64,000 nt of DNA from a virus. Its lineage: Duplodnaviria; Caudoviricetes. Shown piece by piece: positions 26,586 through 35,986 of this stretch. The stretch's first letter is position 1; each line of letters opens with the position of its first letter. Location of the stretch: positions 1 through 64,000 of IMG/VR virus record IMGVR_UViG_2700988920_000001; one strand, written 5' to 3'. The notes beneath the pieces are model-generated. The model was not told the origin of the DNA. It saw only the letters and a list, made by a program, of their open reading frames with translations, and made no database searches. The position numbers and the translations under genes were made by a program.

Positions 26586-27317
26586 ATGATAAAGCTAATG
26601 AATGAAGACTGTTTGTCTGCTATGAGAAAGTTAGAAGACTCTAGCGTTGACTTAGTATTGACTTCACCTCCATACAACATGAACCTTAGAATACGTAACG
26701 GGAAATATTGTTCTAGACAGATAGTCAAAGAAATCAGCACCAAGTACAAAGCGTTCGATGACAACCTTCCTATGGATAAATACTTTGAATTTAACAAGTC
26801 AGTCATCAATGAGTGCCTGAGAGTTTCTGACTTAGTGTTCTACAACGTTCAAATACTTACAGGGAATAAGCCTGCTTTGTTCCGTCTTATGGGAGAGTTT
26901 CACGATAAGCTGAAAGAAGTGATTGTTTGGGATAAGATTAACGCTCAGCCAGCCATAGGCGCTAACGTTATGAATTCTCAGTTCGAGCTTATTCTTGTGT
27001 TGCAGGACTCTTATCCTGAAAGCCGAGCGTTTAAAACAGCACAATTCGACAGAGGCACTTTGTCTAATCACTGGCAGATAAAACGTGGCAAAAAAGTGCA
27101 TAAAGAACACGGAGCTGTGTTCCCAGAAGAATTGGCTGACAGAGTGATATCTAACTTCTCAAAAGTCGGTGATGTGATCTTAGACCCATTCATGGGAACA
27201 GGAACTACTGGCGCTTCTGCGGTAAAACTTGACAGAAGTTTTATAGGCATAGAGCTAGACAAAGACTATTACGAGTTTTCTGAGCAAAGGATTCTTGGTC
27301 TGAGACCAAAGGAGTAA
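26586..27317 (+). CDS. DNA N4-C/N6-A methyltransferase (beta class)
   Basis: TSPPY before DPFMGTGTT; FIGIELD. Confidence 0.9.
   Translation: MIKLMNEDCLSAMRKLEDSSVDLVLTSPPYNMNLRIRNGKYCSRQIVKEISTKYKAFDDNLPMDKYFEFNKSVINECLRVSDLVFYNVQILTGNKPALFRLMGEFHDKLKEVIVWDKINAQPAIGANVMNSQFELILVLQDSYPESRAFKTAQFDRGTLSNHWQIKRGKKVHKEHGAVFPEELADRVISNFSKVGDVILDPFMGTGTTGASAVKLDRSFIGIELDKDYYEFSEQRILGLRPKE
27295..27309. promoter_or_regulatory. palindrome copy 8
   Basis: TTGGTCTGAGACCAA in last codons of the MTase, next to RBS of 27322. Confidence 0.9.
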
Positions 27318-27321
27318 ACTT

Positions 27322-28902
27322 ATGTACACATTGGCTCACTACTTCCGTGACGCCCAGTTGTTTGAGTTTCCTGATTGGTTCTACGGCATTCAAATGAAAC
27401 GATATGACGAGGCTTCGGCCTCGTTAGTTCCGTTGGAGCCGTGGCCTCACCAGAAGAAAGACTTAAACTTCTTATTGAGAAAAGAACGTGCAGGCCTGTT
27501 CAATGACGCAGGTGTAGGTAAAACCATTCCTATGCAGGCGTTTGGCATCTACATGTCAGCCATTGGCAATAAGACTGTATTCGCTATGCCTCCTAAGCTT
27601 CTAGGGCAGTTCGCTGAGTCCATGGTGGACACTTACCGTGGCGTCGACCAACACCTAGACATCTTCTTGCTTAACGAGAAGCAGAAAGAAGCTGAAGCTA
27701 TTGTTCAGGGCTGGATAGACAATCCTAAGTCTCGTCCTGACATCGTGATCATGTCTTACGAGATGTTCGCGTTTCTTCAGCCGATCAAAGCGTCCCCAGC
27801 CAAAGTCATCAAAAACTCAAAGACTGGCGCTGAGTACACTCGTCCTGCAGTCAAACCAAAGCGTCACCACCCACTTAAACAGGCAGGATTCAACTGTCTG
27901 GTATTCGATGAAGCGCACAAGCTGAAAGAGCCTTCTTCGGCTACACACAAGCGAGTGTGGCGTTGGATAGGTAGTTCAGAGGGTGAGACTCAATTGGTAT
28001 TGGCAACGGGTACGCCTGTTTACAACCAGCTCATCGACGCTTACGGCATTATTCGACTTCTTACCCCTTACATTTATGGGTCTAAGAAAGCGTTTGAACG
28101 TAAGCACGCAATCATCGACCACCAAAGCGATTACCGTCAGATTATCGGCTGGCAGAACGAAGAAGAGTTGCACCACAACCTTTACATTCACGGCCGCCGT
28201 GTTACTAAAGAAGAAGTGTTGAAAGATCTTCCTCCTATGATCCCGTATCAGCATGACATCCGTCTTGGTACGGCTCACAAAGAGTTGTACAAACGATTGA
28301 TGACAGAGCGAGTACTGGAGCTGGAAGAAGAGTTTATCGACGCTACCAACGCTTCGAAGTTGCGTCAGGTAGCGCTTCAGCTTATCTCTAACCCTAACAA
28401 GTTCTCTGACACACCTATCAAGAACGTTATGGATGACTGGTTAGAGAACATGTTCGAAGAGATCGGCATCTATCAGCACAAAGTGATTGTATTCGCCTAC
28501 TTCAAAGACACCGTTGCCTACTTGGTTAACAAGTACAAACACTTGAATCCTGCGGTCATTAACGGCGCAGGCGGAGACAGTGAAGAAGCGCGTATCAAGT
28601 TCTTGCGCGATCCTAGTTGCCGAGTGCTGTTCTTAAACTGGCGTTCTGGTGGTGCAGGTCTAAACCTGCAAATCAGTCCGTACGAATTGTTCTACGAAGT
28701 GCCTACCGTGCCTGGCGATTTACAGCAAGCTATCGCACGAAGTCACCGAGGCGGTCAGACTCAAGGGGTGCACGTTCACATCCCTCGCGTCTTCAGTACC
28801 GTAGCGAATAAGTCACTTAACCAACTTTTATCTAAGCAGCTTAAAAACAATGAGGTTGTGAAAGATAAACACAAATTACTTGCAGAATTACTTGGAAAAT
28901 AA
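27322..28902 (+). CDS. SNF2-like SF2 helicase
   Basis: DAGVGKT, FDEAH, ATGTP, GAGLNLQ, QAIARSHRGGQ. Confidence 0.88.
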   Translation: MYTLAHYFRDAQLFEFPDWFYGIQMKRYDEASASLVPLEPWPHQKKDLNFLLRKERAGLFNDAGVGKTIPMQAFGIYMSAIGNKTVFAMPPKLLGQFAESMVDTYRGVDQHLDIFLLNEKQKEAEAIVQGWIDNPKSRPDIVIMSYEMFAFLQPIKASPAKVIKNSKTGAEYTRPAVKPKRHHPLKQAGFNCLVFDEAHKLKEPSSATHKRVWRWIGSSEGETQLVLATGTPVYNQLIDAYGIIRLLTPYIYGSKKAFERKHAIIDHQSDYRQIIGWQNEEELHHNLYIHGRRVTKEEVLKDLPPMIPYQHDIRLGTAHKELYKRLMTERVLELEEEFIDATNASKLRQVALQLISNPNKFSDTPIKNVMDDWLENMFEEIGIYQHKVIVFAYFKDTVAYLVNKYKHLNPAVINGAGGDSEEARIKFLRDPSCRVLFLNWRSGGAGLNLQISPYELFYEVPTVPGDLQQAIARSHRGGQTQGVHVHIPRVFSTVANKSLNQLLSKQLKNNEVVKDKHKLLAELLGK

Positions 28903-28911
28903 CGTCACGGT

Positions 28912-28940
28912 TTGACTTCCTTGTGTGCTGAGAGTAATAT
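28912..28940 (+). promoter_or_regulatory. sigma70-like promoter
   Basis: TTGACT-17-TAATAT. Confidence 0.65.
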
Positions 28941-29050
28941 GTACCCATACCGCGATGATTGAATGATTTGATGATTCGCGATATCAACTGAAACTGAAAT
29001 TGTAACTGTTAATTGTTATCTGATACCTAACCTGAAAAGAGGAAATTATC

Positions 29051-30040
29051 ATGGGTCTAGTAAAATCATCTGCTCCTGAAGAAATGGAAACTGTCGAAAC
29101 TAACGAAGTATCTGAAACTGAAACGGCTGAAGTTTCTGCCGAGCAAGTTAACGAAGTTATTGCTCAAGCGCAGGAAGAAGAAGTGTCAACTGAAACTGAA
29201 GTAGCAACTGAGCCTGAAACAGAAGAACCTGTTGAAGAAGTATCAACTGAGCCTGAAACTGAAACGGCTGAAGAGCCTGTGCAAGAAGAAGTTGAAGAAG
29301 TGTCTGAACCTGAAATTGTAGAAGAGAAGAAAATGGAATCTAAACCTAAACCTAAAGCCGAAGAAAAGAAAGAAGTGAAATCGACTGAAGTTGCTGTAAG
29401 CGAAACTAAGTCTACTGCAGTAGCAAAAGCTGACAACAAGCAGGTTGCGGCTAGCCAAGTTATCCAGCAAGCTGAAGACGATGGCTTCGGTGGTCTTGAA
29501 CTAGGCTTCGGCTCATTCGCGATTATCAAACTAGATAACAGCGGTCAGTTCATGGACTCGGACGATAACGAACTTGGTACGCTAATTCGCGCATCTGTTC
29601 AACAGTCGACAGCGTCTTACCTTTACGTACAAGAAGGCAACGACGACAGCCCAGCAGTTTATTCATACGACGGTGTGAACCTAACAGCAGAAACTGAAGA
29701 CGGTGACAAAACTGTCGAGCAAGTTAAAATGCGTTGGGTAGACGAAGGCTACGATATGGAATGTCGTAAGTACCTAGAAGTTGTTGCGACAATCGCAGAA
29801 GATCATGACGACATCATCGACGGTGAAGTTCCTGAAGGACTGCTAGACTACGAAGGCGAGACAGTGATGCTTCGTCTACCGCCAGCGTCTATTAAGACAT
29901 TCTCTGGCAAAGTAGCAACGCTTAAGATGCAGAACAAGCCGCTACGTGGTGCGGTAATGGACTTCAAAGTAGGCAAACAACGTAAGACAAACAACGGCAA
30001 AGCGAAATACTTCCCATGGAAGATCAGCCTAGTTAAGTAA
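29051..30040 (+). CDS. putative ssDNA-binding protein with long acidic N-terminal region
   Basis: lies between helicase and polymerase; Glu/Thr/Pro repeats followed by a beta-rich domain. Confidence 0.45.
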   Translation: MGLVKSSAPEEMETVETNEVSETETAEVSAEQVNEVIAQAQEEEVSTETEVATEPETEEPVEEVSTEPETETAEEPVQEEVEEVSEPEIVEEKKMESKPKPKAEEKKEVKSTEVAVSETKSTAVAKADNKQVAASQVIQQAEDDGFGGLELGFGSFAIIKLDNSGQFMDSDDNELGTLIRASVQQSTASYLYVQEGNDDSPAVYSYDGVNLTAETEDGDKTVEQVKMRWVDEGYDMECRKYLEVVATIAEDHDDIIDGEVPEGLLDYEGETVMLRLPPASIKTFSGKVATLKMQNKPLRGAVMDFKVGKQRKTNNGKAKYFPWKISLVK

Positions 30041-30053
30041 TTTGTTCTACATT

Positions 30054-30068
30054 TTGGTCTCAGACCAA
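30054..30068. promoter_or_regulatory. palindrome copy 9
   Basis: TTGGTCTCAGACCAA directly before terminator. Confidence 0.9.
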
Positions 30069-30069
30069 G

Positions 30070-30096
30070 AGGCGGCCAATGTGCCGCCTTTTCTTT
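30070..30096 (+). terminator. intrinsic terminator
   Basis: AGGCGGC-caatgt-GCCGCCT-TTTCTTT. Confidence 0.75.
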
Positions 30097-30121
30097 ACAA
30101 ACTCCTGAAAGGAACTAATAA

Positions 30122-33100
30122 ATGTCTAAATTCAAACCAGCAATATCACAACCGCTAGTTCACGTTGACCAGTGGGCTATCCTAGATTACCAAGCACTGC
30201 TAAAACACACGCACAACATGGGGCAAGACCCTGACTGTGTTTACGGCAGCGTAACAGGTAAAGAAATCAACTCGGCACAACACACAGTACGCGCTTTCCT
30301 TGATGCGTACATTCTGCCGATCCTAGACAACGGCTTCACACCTCGCCAAATCCTAGTAGCTCACGACGACGGTCACGCTTACCGTTCTAAACTGCTTCCT
30401 GCGTACAAAGAGAAGCGTGATCAACGTAAGAACGACGAAACTGTCACTGACCCTGAGATTTTCCAAGAGCTGAACAAAGCTAGCGACTCAATCAAGCGCA
30501 TCCTGGCTTACTTAGGTTGTACTCAGGCTCGTGTTAAAGGCGTTGAAGGTGACGACATCATCGCCCACTTCTGCAAGCTGCCAGGCCTTAAACAGGTATA
30601 CACAGTGGACGCCGACTTACTTCGTCTAACCGCTGAAGACACGATGGTCATTCTCAAAAACAAACCTATCTTCCTACAAGATTTGGACGTTGAGAATCTG
30701 CCTAAGAACATGCACAAGTTCATCGAACCGTTCATGAAAGGCGACAACTGCAAAGTTAAAAACCCATTCAAGTACCTCACTTTGTATAAATCAATCGTTG
30801 GTGACTCATCTGACGAATACAAAGGCGTACCTCAGATGGGCGACAAAGCTTGGGCTGACTTGGTTGAAACGTTCGATTTCGACGGTCTAGACGAGCTGAT
30901 CAGCATTGTCGAAGACAAAGACTGGAAGAAGCTGGACTCTTACGTGAAACATTACGAAGAGACCGCAAACGGTAGCAAAGCGCACAAGCTTCTTAAGAAA
31001 TTGCACGACGAAGCAGGTCCATGGCGAACTTGCTGGACTGTTGCTGAGCTTCACCCTGAGCTGTGTTACAAGCCATTCAATAAAAAGCTTACTCAGATCG
31101 ACTGGTTCAAACGTGTTCCGAATCGAGCGCGCATCGTTAAGTTGCTTGAAGACAACTACTGCCCTGAGTTCTTAGAAGACCTAGAGCAGTTCTTACCTGT
31201 TGAGTGGCTAATCGACGCTTCTAACTTCGAAGAGTCTGATATTGACGAGTTCCGTGAAATCTGCGAACAGTCGCCACACATCAGCTTCGACTACGAAGGT
31301 GCAACTGATAACCAAGACTGGATCAACACACTTCTAAACAGCACCAGCATGAAGTCGTATGTAGATGTTCTTGGCCAAGGCGTAACTGGCGTGTCGTTCA
31401 ACTTCGGTAACAACTTGCAATACACTTGTTACTTGACGATCGACCACAAGAACAGCCACAACCTGCCAATCAAAGTGGTTCGTAAGTTCTTTGAGGCTAT
31501 CCCTAAAGATAAAATTCGCGTCGCGCACAACTCTCAGTTCGAAGAAGTTCTAACCTTCACCAACTTGGACGGATACGTGATGCCTATCGGCACTGTTCAC
31601 GATACGGCGATCATGTCTACGTATGACGACGAGAACAAAGAATCTCACGGTCTGAAAGCGTTAAGTAAGACGCTTCTTGGCTACAACCAGGCTTCGTATG
31701 AAGACACCTTGGCACAGGCTGGCGCTACTAACATGCGCGAACTGACTGCATGCCAGGTGCTTAAATACGGCCTTGACGACTCGACGGTAACAGGTCACTT
31801 ATACGATTTGTTCCGTATCAGTCTGTACCTTCAAGATATGATGGACTTCTACGTATCTAACGAGCCTTACGTAAACCACCGTCTAGCGATGTCGTTTATC
31901 CAAGGTACTGACATCGACTGGGAACGTCAGAAAGAAATTCAGGAAGAAGACGAACGCGATATCGAAGAGTCTATGTCTGAGCTTCGTGAGATTCTCGAAG
32001 AGCACTGTAGCAATGTAAACCGAGAAGCAGCAGAAGCGTTTTTCAACGAAGAGAAGAAGTTCCTTGAAGCGTCTGCACGAGACAAGTACGGCAAGATGGA
32101 TCGCGCTAAAGTTATCTCTCGCGCCGATGCCGTAGCGTCAGAAATCGAAAAGATGGACATCGCTGACGACACTTACATGGACATCGCTAACTCGATTCGC
32201 GCCAAAGTCCCTCAAGCCAAGAGCAAGAAAGACAAAGAAGCGCGTGAAGAAGAGATTAAAAACCTCGATCACAAAGTCCTTATCGCATGGATTGTTAAGT
32301 TTGACCTACATAAAGCGCTGAACAAGAACATTGAAGACTCTGTCTACGTCAAGTACGTCAAGACAGTGCACTCAGCAGAGTTCGCTCCTTCAGTGAAAAA
32401 CCTAGACACGGTGGCTGAGAAACTTGGTCTTCCTCTTCCTGGCACAGCGGCGAAAGGCAAACTTGAAGCGTGGGAAGCGTCTGTGCGTGAAATCGACTTT
32501 GAAGCCGAGATCGACAAGTATGACGAGTTCAATGACGATCAGAAGAAGTTCATCGACTTGCTGGCTAAAGCGCGTAATCACTTCAAACCTGATCAGCGCG
32601 GTCACGAAGACTACCAAGCGTTCCAGTCTTTCTGCTGCAACTTGTTAGGCATTGAAGGCAAAGTGTCTTACTCCGGCACTGAACTGAACTTAGGTTCGCC
32701 AAACCAGATGAAAGGTTTGCTGTACTGCATGCTAGGCCTTCCAGTTCGACTACGAGGCAAACCTAGCCCTGGCCGTACAAGCTTAGGGTTCTGGGAAGGT
32801 TCACCTGCTACCGACGCTCTGGCGCAGGATACGGCGCTTGCTGAAGACATCACAGTCAATCCAGAACGTCACTGGCAAGAGCGCGTAATCAACCTTATTA
32901 AGAAGGTGACCGAATGTAATACTCGCATGAGTTTGTACCACAATAGCTACCCTTACTTGGCGCACCCTCGTGATGGTAAATTGCACCCTAACGTTCGTAA
33001 CTGTGGCACTGTAACTCGACGCCCAACTGGCTCGCAGCCAAACATTCTTCAAGTTTCTAAACACCAGAAGAAAGGCGCGATGCGTGGTATCTACATTCCG

Positions 33101-34090
33101 CCTCGCGGTTACTGTGTAGTCCCTATCGACTTTGCAGGCCAAGAGCTTCGTATTCAGGCGTCAGAGACGAAGGATAAAAACCTATTGCAGGTTTATCTAG
33201 GTGAAGAGCTTGCAGGTCAGTACCTGCGTGGTGAAGTGTTAGACATTACGTACGACATGGTAAAAGACAAGAAGGACTTGAAAGACCTGCACAGCATGAC
33301 TGCTTCAGGTATCACAGAGCACTTCGGTCTTGATGAAGCGGGTAAACTTGTACCTGGTGGTCAGCACATTAAATGGACTCCGCCTACGTACGAAGAATAT
33401 GTTGAAGCGCATAAGAACGAAGACCACGAGTACCATGATCTAGCGTCTAAGGTACGTAAACGACCAGCTAAGCAAACTAACTTCTTGCTTTCTTACGGCG
33501 GTACGTCTCAGACTCTATCGCACCGTCTGATCATCCCGGAATCAGTGGCGCAAAGTATCATGGACTCAACGTTAACGCTGTATGCTGGCATTCCAGTAGC
33601 TCAGGACGAAACGCTACACTATGCACGTATGAACGGCTTCGTTACTACGGCTTATGGTAACCGCCGTCATGCTACAGACGAGATTTTCAGTAAGTCTAAA
33701 GGTCCGGTTAACCGTCAGGTTCGTCAGCTATACAACTACCGAATCCAGGGCTGTGCGGCGGATATCCTTAAAGTGGTGCTGGCTAACTGCGAGAAGCAAG
33801 ACCTGTGGGACAAATACAATGCAATCATGGTTGCTCCTGTATATGATGAAGTTGTTGCTTACGTTCCTTTCGAACACGCTTGGGACTTTGTTCAGGACAT
33901 GCGCTCTATCATGAACTTAACACCTCCTGGTCATGCGGTTCCGATGGTAGCCGACGTGAGTGTAGGCCCTAACTGGCAAGTGCAGTACGAACTCGGCCAC
34001 CAACCGACTAAAGAAGAGTTCGACAAGTGCATGAATGAAAATGTAATCCCAGAAGCTGAAGCTATTTGGGACCGTATCGAAGCTGCTTAA
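30122..34090 (+). CDS. polA: family A DNA polymerase with 5'-3' (FEN) and 3'-5' exonuclease domains
   Basis: EGDDII, DADL, GDSSD (FEN); FDYE, AHNSQF, YGLDD (proofreading); DFAGQELR, AKQTNFLLSYG, IQGCAADI, VYDE. Confidence 0.93.
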   Translation: MSKFKPAISQPLVHVDQWAILDYQALLKHTHNMGQDPDCVYGSVTGKEINSAQHTVRAFLDAYILPILDNGFTPRQILVAHDDGHAYRSKLLPAYKEKRDQRKNDETVTDPEIFQELNKASDSIKRILAYLGCTQARVKGVEGDDIIAHFCKLPGLKQVYTVDADLLRLTAEDTMVILKNKPIFLQDLDVENLPKNMHKFIEPFMKGDNCKVKNPFKYLTLYKSIVGDSSDEYKGVPQMGDKAWADLVETFDFDGLDELISIVEDKDWKKLDSYVKHYEETANGSKAHKLLKKLHDEAGPWRTCWTVAELHPELCYKPFNKKLTQIDWFKRVPNRARIVKLLEDNYCPEFLEDLEQFLPVEWLIDASNFEESDIDEFREICEQSPHISFDYEGATDNQDWINTLLNSTSMKSYVDVLGQGVTGVSFNFGNNLQYTCYLTIDHKNSHNLPIKVVRKFFEAIPKDKIRVAHNSQFEEVLTFTNLDGYVMPIGTVHDTAIMSTYDDENKESHGLKALSKTLLGYNQASYEDTLAQAGATNMRELTACQVLKYGLDDSTVTGHLYDLFRISLYLQDMMDFYVSNEPYVNHRLAMSFIQGTDIDWERQKEIQEEDERDIEESMSELREILEEHCSNVNREAAEAFFNEEKKFLEASARDKYGKMDRAKVISRADAVASEIEKMDIADDTYMDIANSIRAKVPQAKSKKDKEAREEEIKNLDHKVLIAWIVKFDLHKALNKNIEDSVYVKYVKTVHSAEFAPSVKNLDTVAEKLGLPLPGTAAKGKLEAWEASVREIDFEAEIDKYDEFNDDQKKFIDLLAKARNHFKPDQRGHEDYQAFQSFCCNLLGIEGKVSYSGTELNLGSPNQMKGLLYCMLGLPVRLRGKPSPGRTSLGFWEGSPATDALAQDTALAEDITVNPERHWQERVINLIKKVTECNTRMSLYHNSYPYLAHPRDGKLHPNVRNCGTVTRRPTGSQPNILQVSKHQKKGAMRGIYIPPRGYCVVPIDFAGQELRIQASETKDKNLLQVYLGEELAGQYLRGEVLDITYDMVKDKKDLKDLHSMTASGITEHFGLDEAGKLVPGGQHIKWTPPTYEEYVEAHKNEDHEYHDLASKVRKRPAKQTNFLLSYGGTSQTLSHRLIIPESVAQSIMDSTLTLYAGIPVAQDETLHYARMNGFVTTAYGNRRHATDEIFSKSKGPVNRQVRQLYNYRIQGCAADILKVVLANCEKQDLWDKYNAIMVAPVYDEVVAYVPFEHAWDFVQDMRSIMNLTPPGHAVPMVADVSVGPNWQVQYELGHQPTKEEFDKCMNENVIPEAEAIWDRIEAA

Positions 34091-34103
34091 TTGGAGAAAT
34101 AAA

Positions 34104-34286
34104 ATGGCAGGACATACAGTACACGTAGTCAATAACGAAGACGGTAAAGTGGTAGAGACGTACCCAAATGCTAAGATTGAAATCACGCAGGGTATGCTTT
34201 ACGTGAAGAGTGCGGCAGATGATGCTATTCTGTGGTTCTCTAACACGGCCACACACTCAGCTAAAGTAGACAGCTCTGCAAGCTGA
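34104..34286 (+). CDS. small hypothetical protein
   Basis: GGAG RBS; followed by a terminator. Confidence 0.6.
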   Translation: MAGHTVHVVNNEDGKVVETYPNAKIEITQGMLYVKSAADDAILWFSNTATHSAKVDSSAS

Positions 34287-34303
34287 TAAAATTCAACCTA
34301 ACT

Positions 34304-34331
34304 AAGGCGGCCAATTGGCCGCCTTTCTTTT
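34304..34331 (+). terminator. intrinsic terminator
   Basis: AAGGCGGCCAATTGGCCGCCTTTCTTTT. Confidence 0.75.
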
Positions 34332-34346
34332 ATCTGAGAGAAAATT

Positions 34347-34880
34347 ATGCGAGTTATCCTAGAATCCCCGTTCAAATCAAACGATCCTAAGCTCTTCTTT
34401 GAGAACATGCTCTACGTTAACATGGTCGCCAGACACCTGACGATTGAGGAGGGTATGTGCCCTTTGTTCTTCCACACGTTCTACACGCAGTTCCTGGATG
34501 ACAGTAACGACAACGAACGTGCGTTAGGGCTAGACGCCAGCTTCCACCACCATGACCGTATAGACACGCGCATAATCGCCATAGACAGAGGCCTAAGCCT
34601 AGGTATGAAGTTGGGTACTGAATATGGCTTAGAGATTGGCTGCATGCCTGTTCTGTTCTCTTTAAGTGAGTCTGAATCGATTCAGAGTTGGGTAAGGGAC
34701 ATCAACGAGAATCCGTGTCCGATCAGAAGATGGAAGCAGATAGAAGCGTTTTGCGAAGAGCTGAAGCCTGTCGATGACATTGGCAACTACACCGACTACG
34801 CGGCTTCTAATCTGGAACTTAGAGAGGAAGTTTGCGACATACTAAAGCGGACATTTGCACCGCTAAACGAGCACTTATAG
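34347..34880 (+). CDS. hypothetical protein, nucleoside-deoxyribosyltransferase-like fold possible
   Basis: MRVILESPF..PLFFHTFYTQFLDD..ERALG..SLGM. Confidence 0.45.
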   Translation: MRVILESPFKSNDPKLFFENMLYVNMVARHLTIEEGMCPLFFHTFYTQFLDDSNDNERALGLDASFHHHDRIDTRIIAIDRGLSLGMKLGTEYGLEIGCMPVLFSLSESESIQSWVRDINENPCPIRRWKQIEAFCEELKPVDDIGNYTDYAASNLELREEVCDILKRTFAPLNEHL

Positions 34881-34888
34881 CAGTACAG

Positions 34889-34911
34889 AAGGCGGCCGAT
34901 TGGTCGCCTTT
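34889..34911 (+). terminator. intrinsic terminator
   Basis: AAGGCGGCCGATTGGTCGCCTTT, related to hairpins at 30070 and 34304. Confidence 0.7.
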
Positions 34912-35312
34912 CGTTTATTTATGTTTGAAGTCAGTCAAACTCCATCTACTTTGCGTTTGCAGGTTATGATCGTGGGAAAATAGAGAGCGAGTTATGTATT
35001 TACTTGGTCTGTTGTATGATCATACAAGAATCATTACTATATTATTATTATTTTATCATCTAAATATATATATATATAAATATACAAAGGACTCTCGCAG
35101 CCTAGCTATAGCTAGAAACCACTTCCCAAAAACAAAAATAATCGAAATGCAAAAATATTTTTCGGGAAATACAGTGTCGCTCCGAAAATGACTTTTACTG
35201 GCGAAGGGCAAAACGGCCTTCGCCAAAAACCCAAAAACCCGAAAATCTAGGCACACTATTTTCGTGCTGGTTTATTTTCGTTTCTGTTCATTAACATCAT
35301 TTAGAGGCAATC
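34912..35312. other. putative replication origin
   Basis: 400-bp noncoding gap with AT-rich run, palindromes and A-tracts. Confidence 0.5.
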
Positions 35313-35807
35313 ATGGCTAAGAAACAAGATGGTCGCGTAGGCTACGAATTTGAAGACAAATTGAAGAGCGTTTTCGGTGAGATCAAAAAGAAACGCCCGT
35401 TTGATTTTCATCGTTTTCTTGATACCAAAGCCGCCGGGCGTGTCGTCGCTGCTCAGTTGGCGGATTACATGATCTCTTTCAAGGATGACAAATCATGCAA
35501 TCATGTTATCATTGTAGAAGCTAAGGCGAGTGAAGAACACGAGTCTCTACGAAGCTGCGCATCTGGACATATCCTACCGCAACAAATCGGCAAGCATAAA
35601 TCTTGGTTGCGTAGTGGCGGCTCGGGTCTTTTCCTGTTCTATTGTGAGATGACTGGCGAAGTCGAAGTGTGGGACTCGAAAGATATTGTAGAAGCTCGCT
35701 CGGCTGGCAAACCTCTAGACCTAAAGAAACGTCTTGCTGTAATGGACTACTTAGATCTAGAGAATGAACTTATCAACTTTTTACATGTAGGAGTTAAGCA
35801 TGTCTAA
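35313..35807 (+). CDS. PD-(D/E)XK nuclease, Holliday-junction resolvase-like
   Basis: GYEFE, ADY, VEAK, PQQ motif arrangement. Confidence 0.65.
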   Translation: MAKKQDGRVGYEFEDKLKSVFGEIKKKRPFDFHRFLDTKAAGRVVAAQLADYMISFKDDKSCNHVIIVEAKASEEHESLRSCASGHILPQQIGKHKSWLRSGGSGLFLFYCEMTGEVEVWDSKDIVEARSAGKPLDLKKRLAVMDYLDLENELINFLHVGVKHV

Positions 35808-35970
35808 TATGTACAGTGATCGAGAGCCTGAAAAGTTTAAACAAGGTTACGAATATGGGGAGAGAATGAACCTGAACAACAAAATAGTTCCTCCAAAAGG
35901 ACTAACAGAAAAAGAAGAATCAGATTGGCAACGTGGAGTTACTGCTGCCATCTGTGATCGAATGAGCTAA
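35800..35970 (+). CDS. 56-aa protein, RMF-like pattern (not in ORF track)
   Basis: AGGAG RBS; KQGYEYG..PP..WQRG..A..DR. Confidence 0.5.
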   Translation: MSNMYSDREPEKFKQGYEYGERMNLNNKIVPPKGLTEKEESDWQRGVTAAICDRMS

Positions 35971-35986
35971 CCAATAAGGGAACACC

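Noticed and set aside
31900-32650. Intein or intron in the polymerase
   Set aside because: No intein splice-junction or LAGLIDADG motifs; the frame is continuous
34994-35256. ORFs 34994-35191 (+) and 35056-35256 (-)
   Set aside because: Low-complexity translations of the AT-rich origin-like region without a convincing RBS
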